From: Betaproteobacteria bacterium
Lineage (GTDB): Bacteria > Pseudomonadota > Gammaproteobacteria > Burkholderiales > SG8-41
Direction: 5' to 3'
Assembly (NCBI GenBank): GCA_016868035.1
Contig: VGID01000009.1
Location: 23,881-87,880, forward strand
DNA: 64,000 nucleotides
The notes beneath the pieces are model-generated. The model was not told the DNA's origin. It worked only from the letters and a program-made list of their open reading frames with translations, and searched no databases. Position numbers and translations under genes: made by a program. Positions 47,355 to 57,166 of this stretch are shown here, piece by piece; position 1 is the stretch's first letter, and each line of letters begins with the position of its first letter.

Positions 47355-50300
47355 TTGATGCTCCATCCCCAGCCGCTCCCGGTGCCGGGGAGCCGTGCAT
47401 GTACCACGCCGTTGCACGGCTCCTCCGACGCGCTCGCACTCGCGCAAATCGCGCGTGCGCGGCGTCCGCTCGCCGTGCTCACCGCCACGGCGCAAGACGC
47501 GCAGCGCCTGCTCGAGGAGCTGCCTTTCTTCGACCCGGGGCTGAAGGTCCGTCTGTTCCCCGACTGGGAAACGCTGCCCTACGACCAGCTCTCGCCCCAT
47601 CACGACCTGGTCTCCGAGCGGCTTGCCACCCTCTACGAGCTCACGCAGCGAGCGCTCGACGTCGCGCTCGTGCCGGTGACGACCGCGCTCTACCGTCTTG
47701 CACCCGCCGATTACCTTGCCGCGCGCTCATTTCACTTCCGCCAGGGCGCGCGGCTTGCACCGGAAGCGCTGCGCGCCCAGTTCGTGACCGCGGGCTACAC
47801 GCACGTGACGCAGGTCGTCGCACCGGGCGAATACTGGGTGCGCGGGGGACTCATCGACCTCTTCCCGACGGGCAGCGCGGTGCCCTACCGCATCGAGCTC
47901 GACGACGAGCTCGTGGCGAGCATTCGCAGCTTCGACGTGGACACCCAGCGCTCGATCTACAAGGTGAACGAGGTGCGGCTGCTGCCCGCGCGCGAGTTTC
48001 CGTTGGACGAGGAGGGCCAGACGCGGTTCCGCCGCAACTTCCGGGAGCGGTTCGAGGGCGACCCCTCCAGGAGCCGCGTCTACAAGGACGTCTCCAAGGG
48101 CGTGCCCTGCGCGGGAATCGAGTACTACCTTCCGCTCTTCTTCGAGAGCACCGCGCGCATCACCGATTACCTGCCGCCGGAGACGCTGCTTTGCGTGCAG
48201 CCGGGGCTGCAGCACGCGATCGAGCAGTTCTGGAGCGACACGCATGCGCGCTACGCGATGCTGCGCGGCGACCGCGCCAGCCCGGTGCTCCCGCCGAATG
48301 ATCTGTTCCTCACCACCGACGAATTCTTCGGCGCGATCAAGCCCTACGCGCGCATAGAGCTGCGCACCGTTCAAGGTTCCACGTTCAATGTTCAAGGTTC
48401 AACATTCAAAGATCGAGATTCGAACGCGCAACCCGCAACCCTGGACCTTGAACCCGGAACCTTGAACCTTGAACCCGGAACTGCGGCGGGCGCGGCGACG
48501 GCCGCGTTGCCGCCGCTGGCGGTCGAGCGTCGGGCGGACGACCCGCTGCACCGGCTGCGCGCGTTCGCCGCCGCATTTCCCGGGCGCGTGCTGGTGCTCG
48601 CGGAAGGCGCCGGGCGGCGCGAGACCATGCTCGAGTACTTCCGCGAGTACCGCCTCGAGCCCGCGCCGGTCGAGGGCTACGCGCAGGCGCTCGCCCGCGC
48701 CGAGCGCCTGCTGCTCGCCGTGGGCCCGCCGCACGCGGGCTTCGTGCTTCCCGATCCCGCGCTTGCGGTCGTCACCGAGAACGAGCTCTACGCCCACCAG
48801 GCGCGCCCGCGGCGCGAGCGCGACGGGGCGCGCCGCGTATCCGCCGAGAACATGCTGCGCGACCTCTCCGAGGTCAAGGTAGGCGACCCGGTGGTGCATG
48901 AAATCCACGGCGTGGGCCGCTACCAGGGCCTCGTCACTCTGGACCTCGGCGAAGGCGAGACCGAGTTCCTTCAGCTCGAGTACGCCGGCGCCGACCGGCT
49001 CTACGTGCCGGTCTCGAGCCTGCATCTCGTCGGCCGCTACAGCGGCGCGCCCGCGGATGCCGCGCCCCTGCACCAGCTCGGCAGCGGGCAATGGGAGAAG
49101 GCGCGCCGCAAGGCGGCGCGGCAGGTGCGCGACACGGCGGCGGAGCTGCTCGAGCTCTACGCGCAGCGCGCGGCGCGGCGCGGCCATGCGTTCAACGTGA
49201 CGCCGCACGACTTCGAGGCATTCTGCGACGACTTCCCGTTCGAGGAGACCCACGACCAGGCCTCGGCGGTGAACGCCGTGGTGGAGGACCTGCGCAGCGG
49301 CAAGCCGATGGATCGGCTGATCTGCGGCGACGTCGGCTTCGGCAAGACCGAGGTCGCGCTGCGCGCGGCGTTCGTGGCGGTGGACGACGGCAAGCAGGTG
49401 GTGGTGCTGGTGCCGACCACGCTGCTCGCCGAGCAGCATTTCAACACCTTTTCCGACCGCTTCGCCGAGTGGCCGGTGAGAATCGCGGAGCTCTCGCGCT
49501 TCCGCTCCGGCAAGGAGACGGCCGAGGCCCTCTCCGGGCTCGCCGAAGGCCGCATCGACATCGCGATCGGCACCCACAAGCTGCTCTCGCGTGACGTGAA
49601 GCTGAAGAACCTGGGGCTGGTGATCGTGGACGAGGAGCACCGCTTCGGCGTGCGGCACAAGGAGCGGTTGAAGGCGCTGCGCGCCGAAGTGGACGTGCTC
49701 ACCCTCACCGCGACGCCGATCCCGCGCACGCTCGCGATGGCGCTCGAGGGCCTGCGTGATTTCTCGGTGATCGCCACCGCTCCCGAGCGGCGGCTCGCGA
49801 TCAAGACCTTCGTGGCGCGCCACAGCAGGGCGTTGATCCGCGAGGCGGCGCTGCGCGAATTGAAGCGCGGCGGGCAGATCTACTATCTGCACAACGACAT
49901 CGATACCATCGGTCAGGCCGAGCAGATGCTCGCGAAGCTGCTGCCGGAAGCGCGCATCCGCGTCGCGCACGGCAGGATCCGCGAGCGCGAACTCGAGCAC
50001 GTGATGCGCGACTTCTACCAGGGCCGCTTCAACGTCCTCCTGTGCACGACCATCATCGAGAGCGGCATCGACGTTCCGGCCGCCAACACCATCATCATCC
50101 ACCGCGCCGACAAGTTCGGGCTCGCGCAATTGCACCAGCTGCGCGGGCGCGTCGGGCGCTCGCACCACCAGGCCTACGCCTACCTGCTGCTGCCCGACGA
50201 GGGCGCCATCACCGCGCAGGCAAAGAAGCGGCTGGACGCGATCCAGATGATGGAGGAGCTCGGCTCGGGCTTTTTCCTCGCGATGCACGACCTCGAGATC

Positions 50301-50882
50301 CGGGGCGCGGGCGAGGTGCTGGGCGAAGCGCAAAGCGGGGAGATGCACGAAGTGGGCTTCAGCCTCTACTGCGCGATGCTCGACACCGCGGTGCGCGCGC
50401 TGAAGCAGGGCGCAGAGCCCGATCTCGCCGCGCCGCTTGGCGTCACCACCGAGATCAACCTGCACGTGCCGGCGCTGCTCCCTGCCGATTACTGCGGCGA
50501 TGTGCACGAGCGGCTCGTGCTCTACAAGCGGTGCGCCAATTGCGGCACGCCCGAGGAGCTCGACGCGCTGCGCGAGGAGCTCGTGGACCGCTTCGGTCTG
50601 CTGCCCGAGCCCGCGCGCACGCTGCTCGAGACCCACCGGCTGCGCATCCTCGGCAAGCCGCTCGGGATCGCGCGCATCGACGCGACCGACTCGGCGATCC
50701 AGCTGCAGTTCGTGAAGCAGCCCCCGATCGAGCCGGTCAAGGTGCTCGACCTCGTGCAAAGCCGCCGCAACTACCGCCTCGCCGGGCAGGACCGGCTGCG
50801 CATCGAGCTCGCGCTGCCCGACGTGCGCGCGCGGGTGGCGGCGATCCGCAAGGTGTTCTCGGAGCTCGCGCCCTCCGGCTGA
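47355..50882 (+). CDS. mfd: transcription-repair coupling factor
   Basis: 1175 aa; RID region (HGVGRY..LEYA..D.LYVP), superfamily-2 helicase motifs (GDVGFGKTEVA, DEEHRFG, TATPIPRT), and TRG/C-terminal domain. Confidence 0.95.
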   Translation: MMLHPQPLPVPGSRACTTPLHGSSDALALAQIARARRPLAVLTATAQDAQRLLEELPFFDPGLKVRLFPDWETLPYDQLSPHHDLVSERLATLYELTQRALDVALVPVTTALYRLAPADYLAARSFHFRQGARLAPEALRAQFVTAGYTHVTQVVAPGEYWVRGGLIDLFPTGSAVPYRIELDDELVASIRSFDVDTQRSIYKVNEVRLLPAREFPLDEEGQTRFRRNFRERFEGDPSRSRVYKDVSKGVPCAGIEYYLPLFFESTARITDYLPPETLLCVQPGLQHAIEQFWSDTHARYAMLRGDRASPVLPPNDLFLTTDEFFGAIKPYARIELRTVQGSTFNVQGSTFKDRDSNAQPATLDLEPGTLNLEPGTAAGAATAALPPLAVERRADDPLHRLRAFAAAFPGRVLVLAEGAGRRETMLEYFREYRLEPAPVEGYAQALARAERLLLAVGPPHAGFVLPDPALAVVTENELYAHQARPRRERDGARRVSAENMLRDLSEVKVGDPVVHEIHGVGRYQGLVTLDLGEGETEFLQLEYAGADRLYVPVSSLHLVGRYSGAPADAAPLHQLGSGQWEKARRKAARQVRDTAAELLELYAQRAARRGHAFNVTPHDFEAFCDDFPFEETHDQASAVNAVVEDLRSGKPMDRLICGDVGFGKTEVALRAAFVAVDDGKQVVVLVPTTLLAEQHFNTFSDRFAEWPVRIAELSRFRSGKETAEALSGLAEGRIDIAIGTHKLLSRDVKLKNLGLVIVDEEHRFGVRHKERLKALRAEVDVLTLTATPIPRTLAMALEGLRDFSVIATAPERRLAIKTFVARHSRALIREAALRELKRGGQIYYLHNDIDTIGQAEQMLAKLLPEARIRVAHGRIRERELEHVMRDFYQGRFNVLLCTTIIESGIDVPAANTIIIHRADKFGLAQLHQLRGRVGRSHHQAYAYLLLPDEGAITAQAKKRLDAIQMMEELGSGFFLAMHDLEIRGAGEVLGEAQSGEMHEVGFSLYCAMLDTAVRALKQGAEPDLAAPLGVTTEINLHVPALLPADYCGDVHERLVLYKRCANCGTPEELDALREELVDRFGLLPEPARTLLETHRLRILGKPLGIARIDATDSAIQLQFVKQPPIEPVKVLDLVQSRRNYRLAGQDRLRIELALPDVRARVAAIRKVFSELAPSG
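48369..48482 (+). repeat. family-A heptad palindrome embedded in frame (38 codons) within mfd
   Basis: gttcaaggttccacgttcaatgttcaaggttcaacattcaaa ... ccttgaacccggaaccttgaaccttgaacccgg; translated as VQGSTFNVQGSTFKDRDSNAQPATLDLEPGTLNLEPGT. Confidence 0.75.
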
Positions 50883-50946
50883 ACCGCGTCCGCGATTCCG
50901 CACGCCCGCCGCCTGTGAAACAATGAGGCGGGCGGCCTTGCAAACG

Positions 50947-53721
50947 ATGAGTCAACCGACGACAGCTGCGGCCCCGGCAGAGCACGAGCAACTGCGCGAA
51001 GACATCCGGCTGCTCGGGGGCGTGCTCGGGCGCGTGTTGCGCGAGCAGAAAGGCGAGGAAGGCTATGCCTGCATCGAAACGGTGCGCCAGACCGCGGTGC
51101 GCTTCCGCCGCGGGAAGGACACGGAGGTCGCGGCCGCGCGTGCCGAGCTCGAGCGCCTGCTGAACAGCCTGCCGATCGAGCGCGTGCTCGACGTGGTGCG
51201 CGCCTTCAGCTACTTCCTGCAGTTCGTGAACCTGTGCGAGGACGCGCATGCGGCGCGGCAGCTGCGGGAGCAGGCCGGCGCACGGCCCGCACCCGGCACG
51301 CTCGCACGGACGCTCGAGGCGCTGCACCGCGCGGGCGTGGACGGGGCGGCGCTCCTCGCGTGGAGCGGGCGGGCGCAAATCTGCCCGGTGCTCACCGCGC
51401 ACCCGACCGAGGTGTAGCGCAAGAGCATTCTCGACTGCCAGCGCGAGATCAACCGGCTCATGCAGTGGCGCGAGCGCGTCGCCCTGACCGCCCGCGAGAT
51501 GGAGGAGCTCGATGCCGAGCTCCACCACCAGATCCTCACGCTGTGGCAGACCGCGATGCTGCGGCTCAACAAGCTGCGCGTCATGGACGAGATCGAGAAC
51601 GGGCTCGCCTACTACCGCTACACGTTCTTCGAGCAGCTGCCGCGGCTCTACGCCGAGCTCGAAGACCGGCTGCGCGCCGCCGGGGTGCTCGCGGCCGGTG
51701 CGGAGCTGCCGGGCTTTCTCACCATGGGCTCGTGGATCGGCGCCGACCGCGACGGAAATCCCTACGTGACCGCGGAGGTGCTGCGCACGGCATCCGACCG
51801 GCATGCGCGGCTCGCCTTCGGGCACCTGCTCGATGAGGTGCACCGGCTCGGCGCGGAGCTCTCGCTTTCGTCGCGGCTGGTAGCGGTGTCCGCGGAGCTG
51901 GCCGCGCTCGCGAAGCGCGCCCAGGACCGCTCCCCCTTCCGCCGCGACGAGCCCTACCGGCAGGCGCTGATCGGCGTCTACGCGCGGCTCGCCGCCACCG
52001 CGCGCGCGCGCGCGGATCTCGCCCCGGCGCGAGAACCGCATGCGCAAGCGCCTCCCTATGCCGGAGCGGACGAGCTCCTCGCCGATCTCGACGTCATCCG
52101 CGACTCGCTCCTCGCCAACGGCTCGGCCGATCTGGCGAACCGGAGGCTGCGCCGGCTGCGCCGTGCCGTGCGCGTGTTCGGATTTCACCTCGCCGCCCTC
52201 GACATGCGCCAGAGCGCGAACGTGCACGAAGCGGTGGTGGCGGAGCTGCTCGCGCGCGCAGGAACGCACCCGGACTACGCGCAGGCGCCCGAGGCCGAGC
52301 GCATTGCGCTGCTCGCCCGCGAGCTCGCGAGCCCGCGCCCGCTCGCATCTCCTCACCTCGCCTATTCGGAGCAAACGCGGAGCGAGCTCGACATCCTGAC
52401 GGTGGCCGCCGGGGTGCACCGGCGCTTCGGCGGCGCGGCGCTGCCCAACTATGTCATCTCCCAATGCAATGCGGTGAGCGATCTGCTCGAGGTCGCCGTG
52501 CTGCTGAAGGAAGCGGGTCTCATGCGGCCCGGGTCCCCGCCCCAGATCGCGCTCAACATCGTGCCGCTGTTCGAGACCATAGACGACCTGCGGCACTGCG
52601 GGCGCATCATGAACGAGGCGCTCGAACACCCGGCCTATCGCGGCCTGGTCGCCGCGCGCGACGGGCTGCAGGAAGTCATGCTCGGCTACTCCGACAGCAA
52701 CAAGGACGGCGGCTACCTCGCCTCGAACTGGGCGCTCAACGTCGCGCAAAGGGAGCTCGTCGAGGTGTTCAGCCACCATGGCGTTCGGCTGTGCCTGTTT
52801 CACGGGCGCGGCGGCACGATCGGGCGCGGCGGCGGCCCGACCTACGAGGCGATCCTCGCCCAGCCGAAAGGCAGTGTCACCGGCGCGATCCGCGTAACCG
52901 AGCAGGGCGAGACCATCGCGAGCAAGTATTCCGACCCGGAACTCGGACGCCGCAGTCTCGAGGCGCTCGTCGCCGCCACGATCGAGGCGAGCCTGCTGGA
53001 AGAGCCGGCGCCCGGCGGGCGCAGGGCCGAGTTCCGCGACGCGATGGAGCAGCTCGCCGAGCATGCGCGCCGCGCCTATCGGGAGCTCGTTTACGAGACG
53101 CCGGGATTCAGCGATTACTTCCGCGCCGCAACGCCGATCACCGAGATCGCGGAGCTCAACATCGGCAGCCGGCCCGCCTCGCGCAAGCCCTCGCGCCGCA
53201 TCGAGGAGCTGCGCGCGATTCCCTGGGTATTCAGCTGGGGGCAGTGCCGCGTCCTGCTGCCCGGCTGGTTCGGTTTCGGCGCCGCGGTCGAGCGCTTCCT
53301 CGCGGAGGATCGCGGAGGACTCGCCCTGCTCAAGGCGATGTACCGCGAATGGCTCTTCTTCCGCACCGTGCTCGACAACATGGAGATGGTGCTCGCCAAG
53401 GCCGACCTGGGAGTCGCATCGCGCTACGCCGCGTTGGTGAAGGACGAGGCACTGCGCGAGCGCGTGTTCAGGCGCATCCGGGCCGAATACGAGCTGACGG
53501 TCGCGCACCTGCGCGCAATCACGGGGCACGCCGCTCTGCTCGAAACCAACCCGGGCCTCGCGCGCAGCATCCGCGACCGCACGCCCTACCTCGATCCGCT
53601 CAACCACCTGCAGATCGAGCTGCTGCGCCGCTACCGCCAGGGACAGACCGACGAGCTCACGCAACGCGGCATCCACCTCACGATCAACGGCCTCGCGGCG
53701 GGGCTTCGGAACAGCGGCTGA
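50947..53721 (+). pseudogene. ppc: phosphoenolpyruvate carboxylase with a single in-frame TAG (51415-51417)
   Basis: ORFs 50923..51417 and 51460..53721 are in the same frame. The TAG falls in VLTAHPTEV*RKSILD, directly after the catalytic TAHPTE motif. The downstream motifs GYSDSNKDGG, FHGRGGTIGRGGGP and C-terminal INGLAAGLRNSG are intact. Confidence 0.85.
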
Positions 53722-53723
53722 AC

Positions 53724-54617
53724 ATGGCTACGCTCCTGCCGTGCCAGCCACGCGGCTTCCGCCTGCCCGGGTGCGCTCGTGCGCTTGCATTCATCGCGGC
53801 CGTCGTCGTCTGCCCTCCCGGGCTCGCCTCAGAGGACTGGCGGCCCAGGCTCATCGAAATTCCCGCCGGCGCGTTCATCACAGGGTCGGACGCCGCGGAG
53901 CGCGAGTACGCGTACCGGCTCGACGAGGCGGCCTATGGTTCGCCGGTGACGCGCGAGCAAGGCTGGTATGACTCGGAGGCGCCGCGCGCCGAGCAGAGCA
54001 CTGCGGCGTACTTCATTACCGCTACCCCAATCACCAACCGGCAGTACGCCGCGTTCGTGCGCGCCACCGGGCACCGCGCTCCCGGCGTGGACCGCGCGAC
54101 CTGGCAGTCGTACGGGCTGATCCATCCGTACGGGCGCACGCTGCGCCACGCGTGGGTGAAAGGACGCCCGCCCGCGGGCCGCGACGAACATCCGGTCGTG
54201 CTCGTCAACCATGCCGATGCGGTGGCGTACTCCGCGTGGCTGACGAAACGCACGGGTAAGCGCTGGCGGCTTCCCACGGAAGCGGAGTGGGAGAAGGCCG
54301 CGCGCGGGCGCGACGGGCGCTATTTTCCGTGGGGCAACGACTACGACCCGGCCCGGCTCAACAGCCACGACCGCGGACCGTTCGACACGCAGCCGGTAGG
54401 CAGCTACCCGCAGGGTGCGAGCCCGTTCGGGCTGCTCGACGCGGCGGGCCAGGTCTTCGAGTGGACCGCCACTCGCGCGGGCGACGGTCACGCGATCGTG
54501 AAAGAAGGCTCATGGGACGACAAGGGCTGCGGGGTGTGCCGGTCCGCAGCGCGGCACCCGCGCCCGCTCGCGATCAAGCACATCCTGATCGGATTGCGCC
54601 TGGTGCGCGAGCCATAG
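53724..54617 (+). CDS. formylglycine-generating enzyme (SUMF1/FGE-sulfatase) family protein with signal peptide
   Basis: RLPTEAEWEKAARG and GSWDD motifs; hydrophobic N-terminus. Confidence 0.8.
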   Translation: MATLLPCQPRGFRLPGCARALAFIAAVVVCPPGLASEDWRPRLIEIPAGAFITGSDAAEREYAYRLDEAAYGSPVTREQGWYDSEAPRAEQSTAAYFITATPITNRQYAAFVRATGHRAPGVDRATWQSYGLIHPYGRTLRHAWVKGRPPAGRDEHPVVLVNHADAVAYSAWLTKRTGKRWRLPTEAEWEKAARGRDGRYFPWGNDYDPARLNSHDRGPFDTQPVGSYPQGASPFGLLDAAGQVFEWTATRAGDGHAIVKEGSWDDKGCGVCRSAARHPRPLAIKHILIGLRLVREP

Positions 54618-54642
54618 CGGTGCCGGCAGGTACAATGGCGCG

Positions 54643-56073
54643 ATGGGAAAGGAAATCGCGATCACCCGCTTCACCGCGGAGGATTTTTTGCGCGCGCGGG
54701 AGCGCCTCGCCGCCGAAACGAAGCTGCTCGGCGAGGAACTCGCCGCGGGGAAATTCAGCGCGGGCGATTATGTCGCGGGTTTCGAGCTCGAAGCCTGGAT
54801 CATCGACCGCAATTACTATCCGGCGCCGATCAACGAGCCCTTGTTCGAGCGGGTGGCGAGCGCGCTCGTCGTGCCCGAGCTCTCGCGCTTCAACATCGAG
54901 GTGAACGGCGCCTCGCAGCACCTCTCCGGCCGCGCACTCTCCGTCCTGCACGCGGAGCTGGAGGCGACGTGGAAGCGCTGCCTGGAAGCGGCGAACGAGC
55001 TCGAGGCATGGCCGATCGTCATCGGCATCCTGCCGACCATCGCCGAGAAGGACCTCTGCCTCGCCAACATGTCCCCGCGCAACCGCTTCTTCGCGCTCAA
55101 CCAGCAAGTGCTCAAGCAGCGGCACGGCGAGCCGCTGCACATCCACATCGAGGGGCACGAGCGTCTCGAGCTCGATCACCGCGACGTGATGCTGGAGGCG
55201 GCGACGACCTCGTTTCAGCTGCACCTGCAGGTTCCGGCAGACCGCGTGCCGCGCTACTACAACGCTTCCGTGATCGCGGCCGCGCCGCTCGTCGCCGCAT
55301 CGGCGAATTCCCCGTTCCTGTTCGGGCGCGCCCTGTGGGAAAAGACGCGCATCCCGCTCTTCGAGCAGGCGATCGAGATCGGCGGCTACGGCGGGCTCGA
55401 AGGCTCCGAGGTGCGGCGCGTGACGCTCGGCACCGGCTACCTCAAGGACTCGGCGTTCGAGCCCTTCGTCGAGAACCTCAACACCTACCCGGTGCTGCTG
55501 CCGACGCAGCTCGAGGAACCCGCAAGGCACTATCCCCATTTGAGGCTGCATAACGGCACGATCTGGCGGTGGGTACGGCCTCTGGTCGGTTTCGGCGAAG
55601 ACGGCACCCGCCATATTCGCATCGAGCAGAGGGTGATACCGTCGGGGCCGACGCTCGTCGACCAGATGGCGAACGCCGCGCTCTACTACGGTCTCGCGCG
55701 CCATCTCGCGGACCTGCCGCAGGCGCCCGAGCGGGCGCTGCCGTTCAAGCAGGCGCGGGAGAACTTCTACGCGGCCGCGACGCACGGGCTCGAGGCGGAG
55801 CTGGTGTGGCTCGACGGGCACCGCATTCCAGCCACTACGCTTCTGCTGGAAGAGCTCGTGCCCCGGGCGCACGAAGGGCTGCTGCGCTTCGGGCTCGAGC
55901 GCGCCGACGCCGAGCGCTATCTCGGCATCCTCGCCGCGCGGGTGCGCACCGGCCAGACGGGCGCAGCATGGCAGCGCGCCCACGCCGAGCGCCACGGGCG
56001 CGACTTCCTCAAGCTCACCGCGGACTATCTGCATCACCAGCGGCGCGGCGAGCCCGTGCACGAGAAGGTCTAG
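54643..56073 (+). CDS. glutamate--cysteine ligase family 2 (GCS2, carboxylate-amine ligase) protein
   Basis: 476 aa; GFELEAWIID, ELSRFNIEVNG, and TSFQLHLQV motifs typical of the GCS2 superfamily. Confidence 0.8.
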   Translation: MGKEIAITRFTAEDFLRARERLAAETKLLGEELAAGKFSAGDYVAGFELEAWIIDRNYYPAPINEPLFERVASALVVPELSRFNIEVNGASQHLSGRALSVLHAELEATWKRCLEAANELEAWPIVIGILPTIAEKDLCLANMSPRNRFFALNQQVLKQRHGEPLHIHIEGHERLELDHRDVMLEAATTSFQLHLQVPADRVPRYYNASVIAAAPLVAASANSPFLFGRALWEKTRIPLFEQAIEIGGYGGLEGSEVRRVTLGTGYLKDSAFEPFVENLNTYPVLLPTQLEEPARHYPHLRLHNGTIWRWVRPLVGFGEDGTRHIRIEQRVIPSGPTLVDQMANAALYYGLARHLADLPQAPERALPFKQARENFYAAATHGLEAELVWLDGHRIPATTLLLEELVPRAHEGLLRFGLERADAERYLGILAARVRTGQTGAAWQRAHAERHGRDFLKLTADYLHHQRRGEPVHEKV

Positions 56074-56079
56074 CCGCCC

Positions 56080-57102
56080 TTGCTCGCGATTCTCGACCAG
56101 CTTCCGGACGGCTTCCTCGGCGCGAGCCCCGCGACGCTGCACGAGGTGCTGCCTTCGCCCACGCTGATCGAGCTGCCCGGGCAGCGCGAGGACTGGCTGT
56201 TCGTCTCGGCGCTGCTGCACGGCAATGAGAATACGGGGCTCAAGGCCGTGCAGAACGTGCTCCGGGCCTGGCACGGGCATCCCCTGCCGAGAGGATTGGC
56301 GGTGTTCGTGGGCAATCCCGCCGCGGCGCGGCTCGGCGTGCGCCATCTTCCCGGCCAACCGGACTACAACCGCGTGTGGCCCGGTGCGCCGGAGTCGGGA
56401 TCGCCCGAGCAGGCGATGGTGCGCGCGGTGGTCGAGCGCATGCGGGGCCGGCGCCTGTTCGCGAGCGTGGACATACACAACAGCACCGGCCTCAATCCGC
56501 ACTACGCGTGCGTGACGCGCCTCGGACACGATTTCCTCCACCTCGCTGCGCTGTTCTCGCGCACGGTCGTTCACTACACGCGCCCGCTCGGCGTGCAGAC
56601 AGCGGCCTTCTCGGCGCTGTGCCCGACGGTCACGATCGAATGCGGCAAGGCGGGCAAGGCCGCGAGCGAGAAGCACGCGAGCGATTTTCTCGACGCGTGC
56701 CTGCGCCTGCGGCGGTTTCCCGCGCGCGACATCGAGCCGCGCGAGCTCGATCTCTACCACAGCGTGGCCACCGTCACGGTCGCGCCCGATACGCGCTTCT
56801 CGTTCGACGGCGACGAGGCCGACCTCATGTTCGTGCCCGATCTCGACCACATGAATTTCCGGGAGCGGCCGCCCGGCACCCCGTGGGCCAGCGTGGGCGA
56901 GCAGGGACTCGCTTGCCTGCGCGTCACCGACGAGCGCGGCCGCGAGGTGCGCGAGGAATTCTTCGAGCTCCGGGACAGGCGGCTCGTCACCCGGCGCGCC
57001 GCCATTCCGGCGCTGCTCACCCGGGACGCGCACGTGATCCGCCAGGACTGCCTGTGCTATCTGATGGAGCGGCTCGCGCTGCGGCCCGACGCCGGCAGGT
57101 AG
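56080..57102 (+). CDS. succinylglutamate desuccinylase/aspartoacylase (M14-like) family protein
   Basis: LLHGNENTG zinc-binding HxxE motif near the N-terminus; TTG start 7 nt after the upstream stop. Confidence 0.7.
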   Translation: MLAILDQLPDGFLGASPATLHEVLPSPTLIELPGQREDWLFVSALLHGNENTGLKAVQNVLRAWHGHPLPRGLAVFVGNPAAARLGVRHLPGQPDYNRVWPGAPESGSPEQAMVRAVVERMRGRRLFASVDIHNSTGLNPHYACVTRLGHDFLHLAALFSRTVVHYTRPLGVQTAAFSALCPTVTIECGKAGKAASEKHASDFLDACLRLRRFPARDIEPRELDLYHSVATVTVAPDTRFSFDGDEADLMFVPDLDHMNFRERPPGTPWASVGEQGLACLRVTDERGREVREEFFELRDRRLVTRRAAIPALLTRDAHVIRQDCLCYLMERLALRPDAGR

Positions 57103-57166
57103 GGCGGAGAATCATGGCGCAACTTGGGTATCATACGTCGGCTGCCGTTGCTGATCGCATCCCGTC

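Noticed and set aside
51415-51417. Amber (TAG) recoding or reassignment as an explanation for the in-frame TAGs in ppc and the M48 stub
   Set aside because: TAG terminates at least ten other well-supported CDS in this window at family-typical lengths (for example 26633, 29476, 28191, 31759, 37091, 56071, 57100). Global reassignment is therefore unlikely. Local suppression cannot be excluded.
50737-53676. Very long antisense ORFs: 979 aa opposite ppc, plus 48399..50903 opposite mfd, 44954..47488, 54574..57033, 61847..63856, 5391..7100, and the 5' parts of 41240..44128 and 24614..26635
   Set aside because: Their translations are Arg/Ala/Gly/Pro-rich and low-complexity, typical of stop-poor alternative frames in GC-rich DNA. 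The opposite or offset frames carry recognisable conserved proteins.
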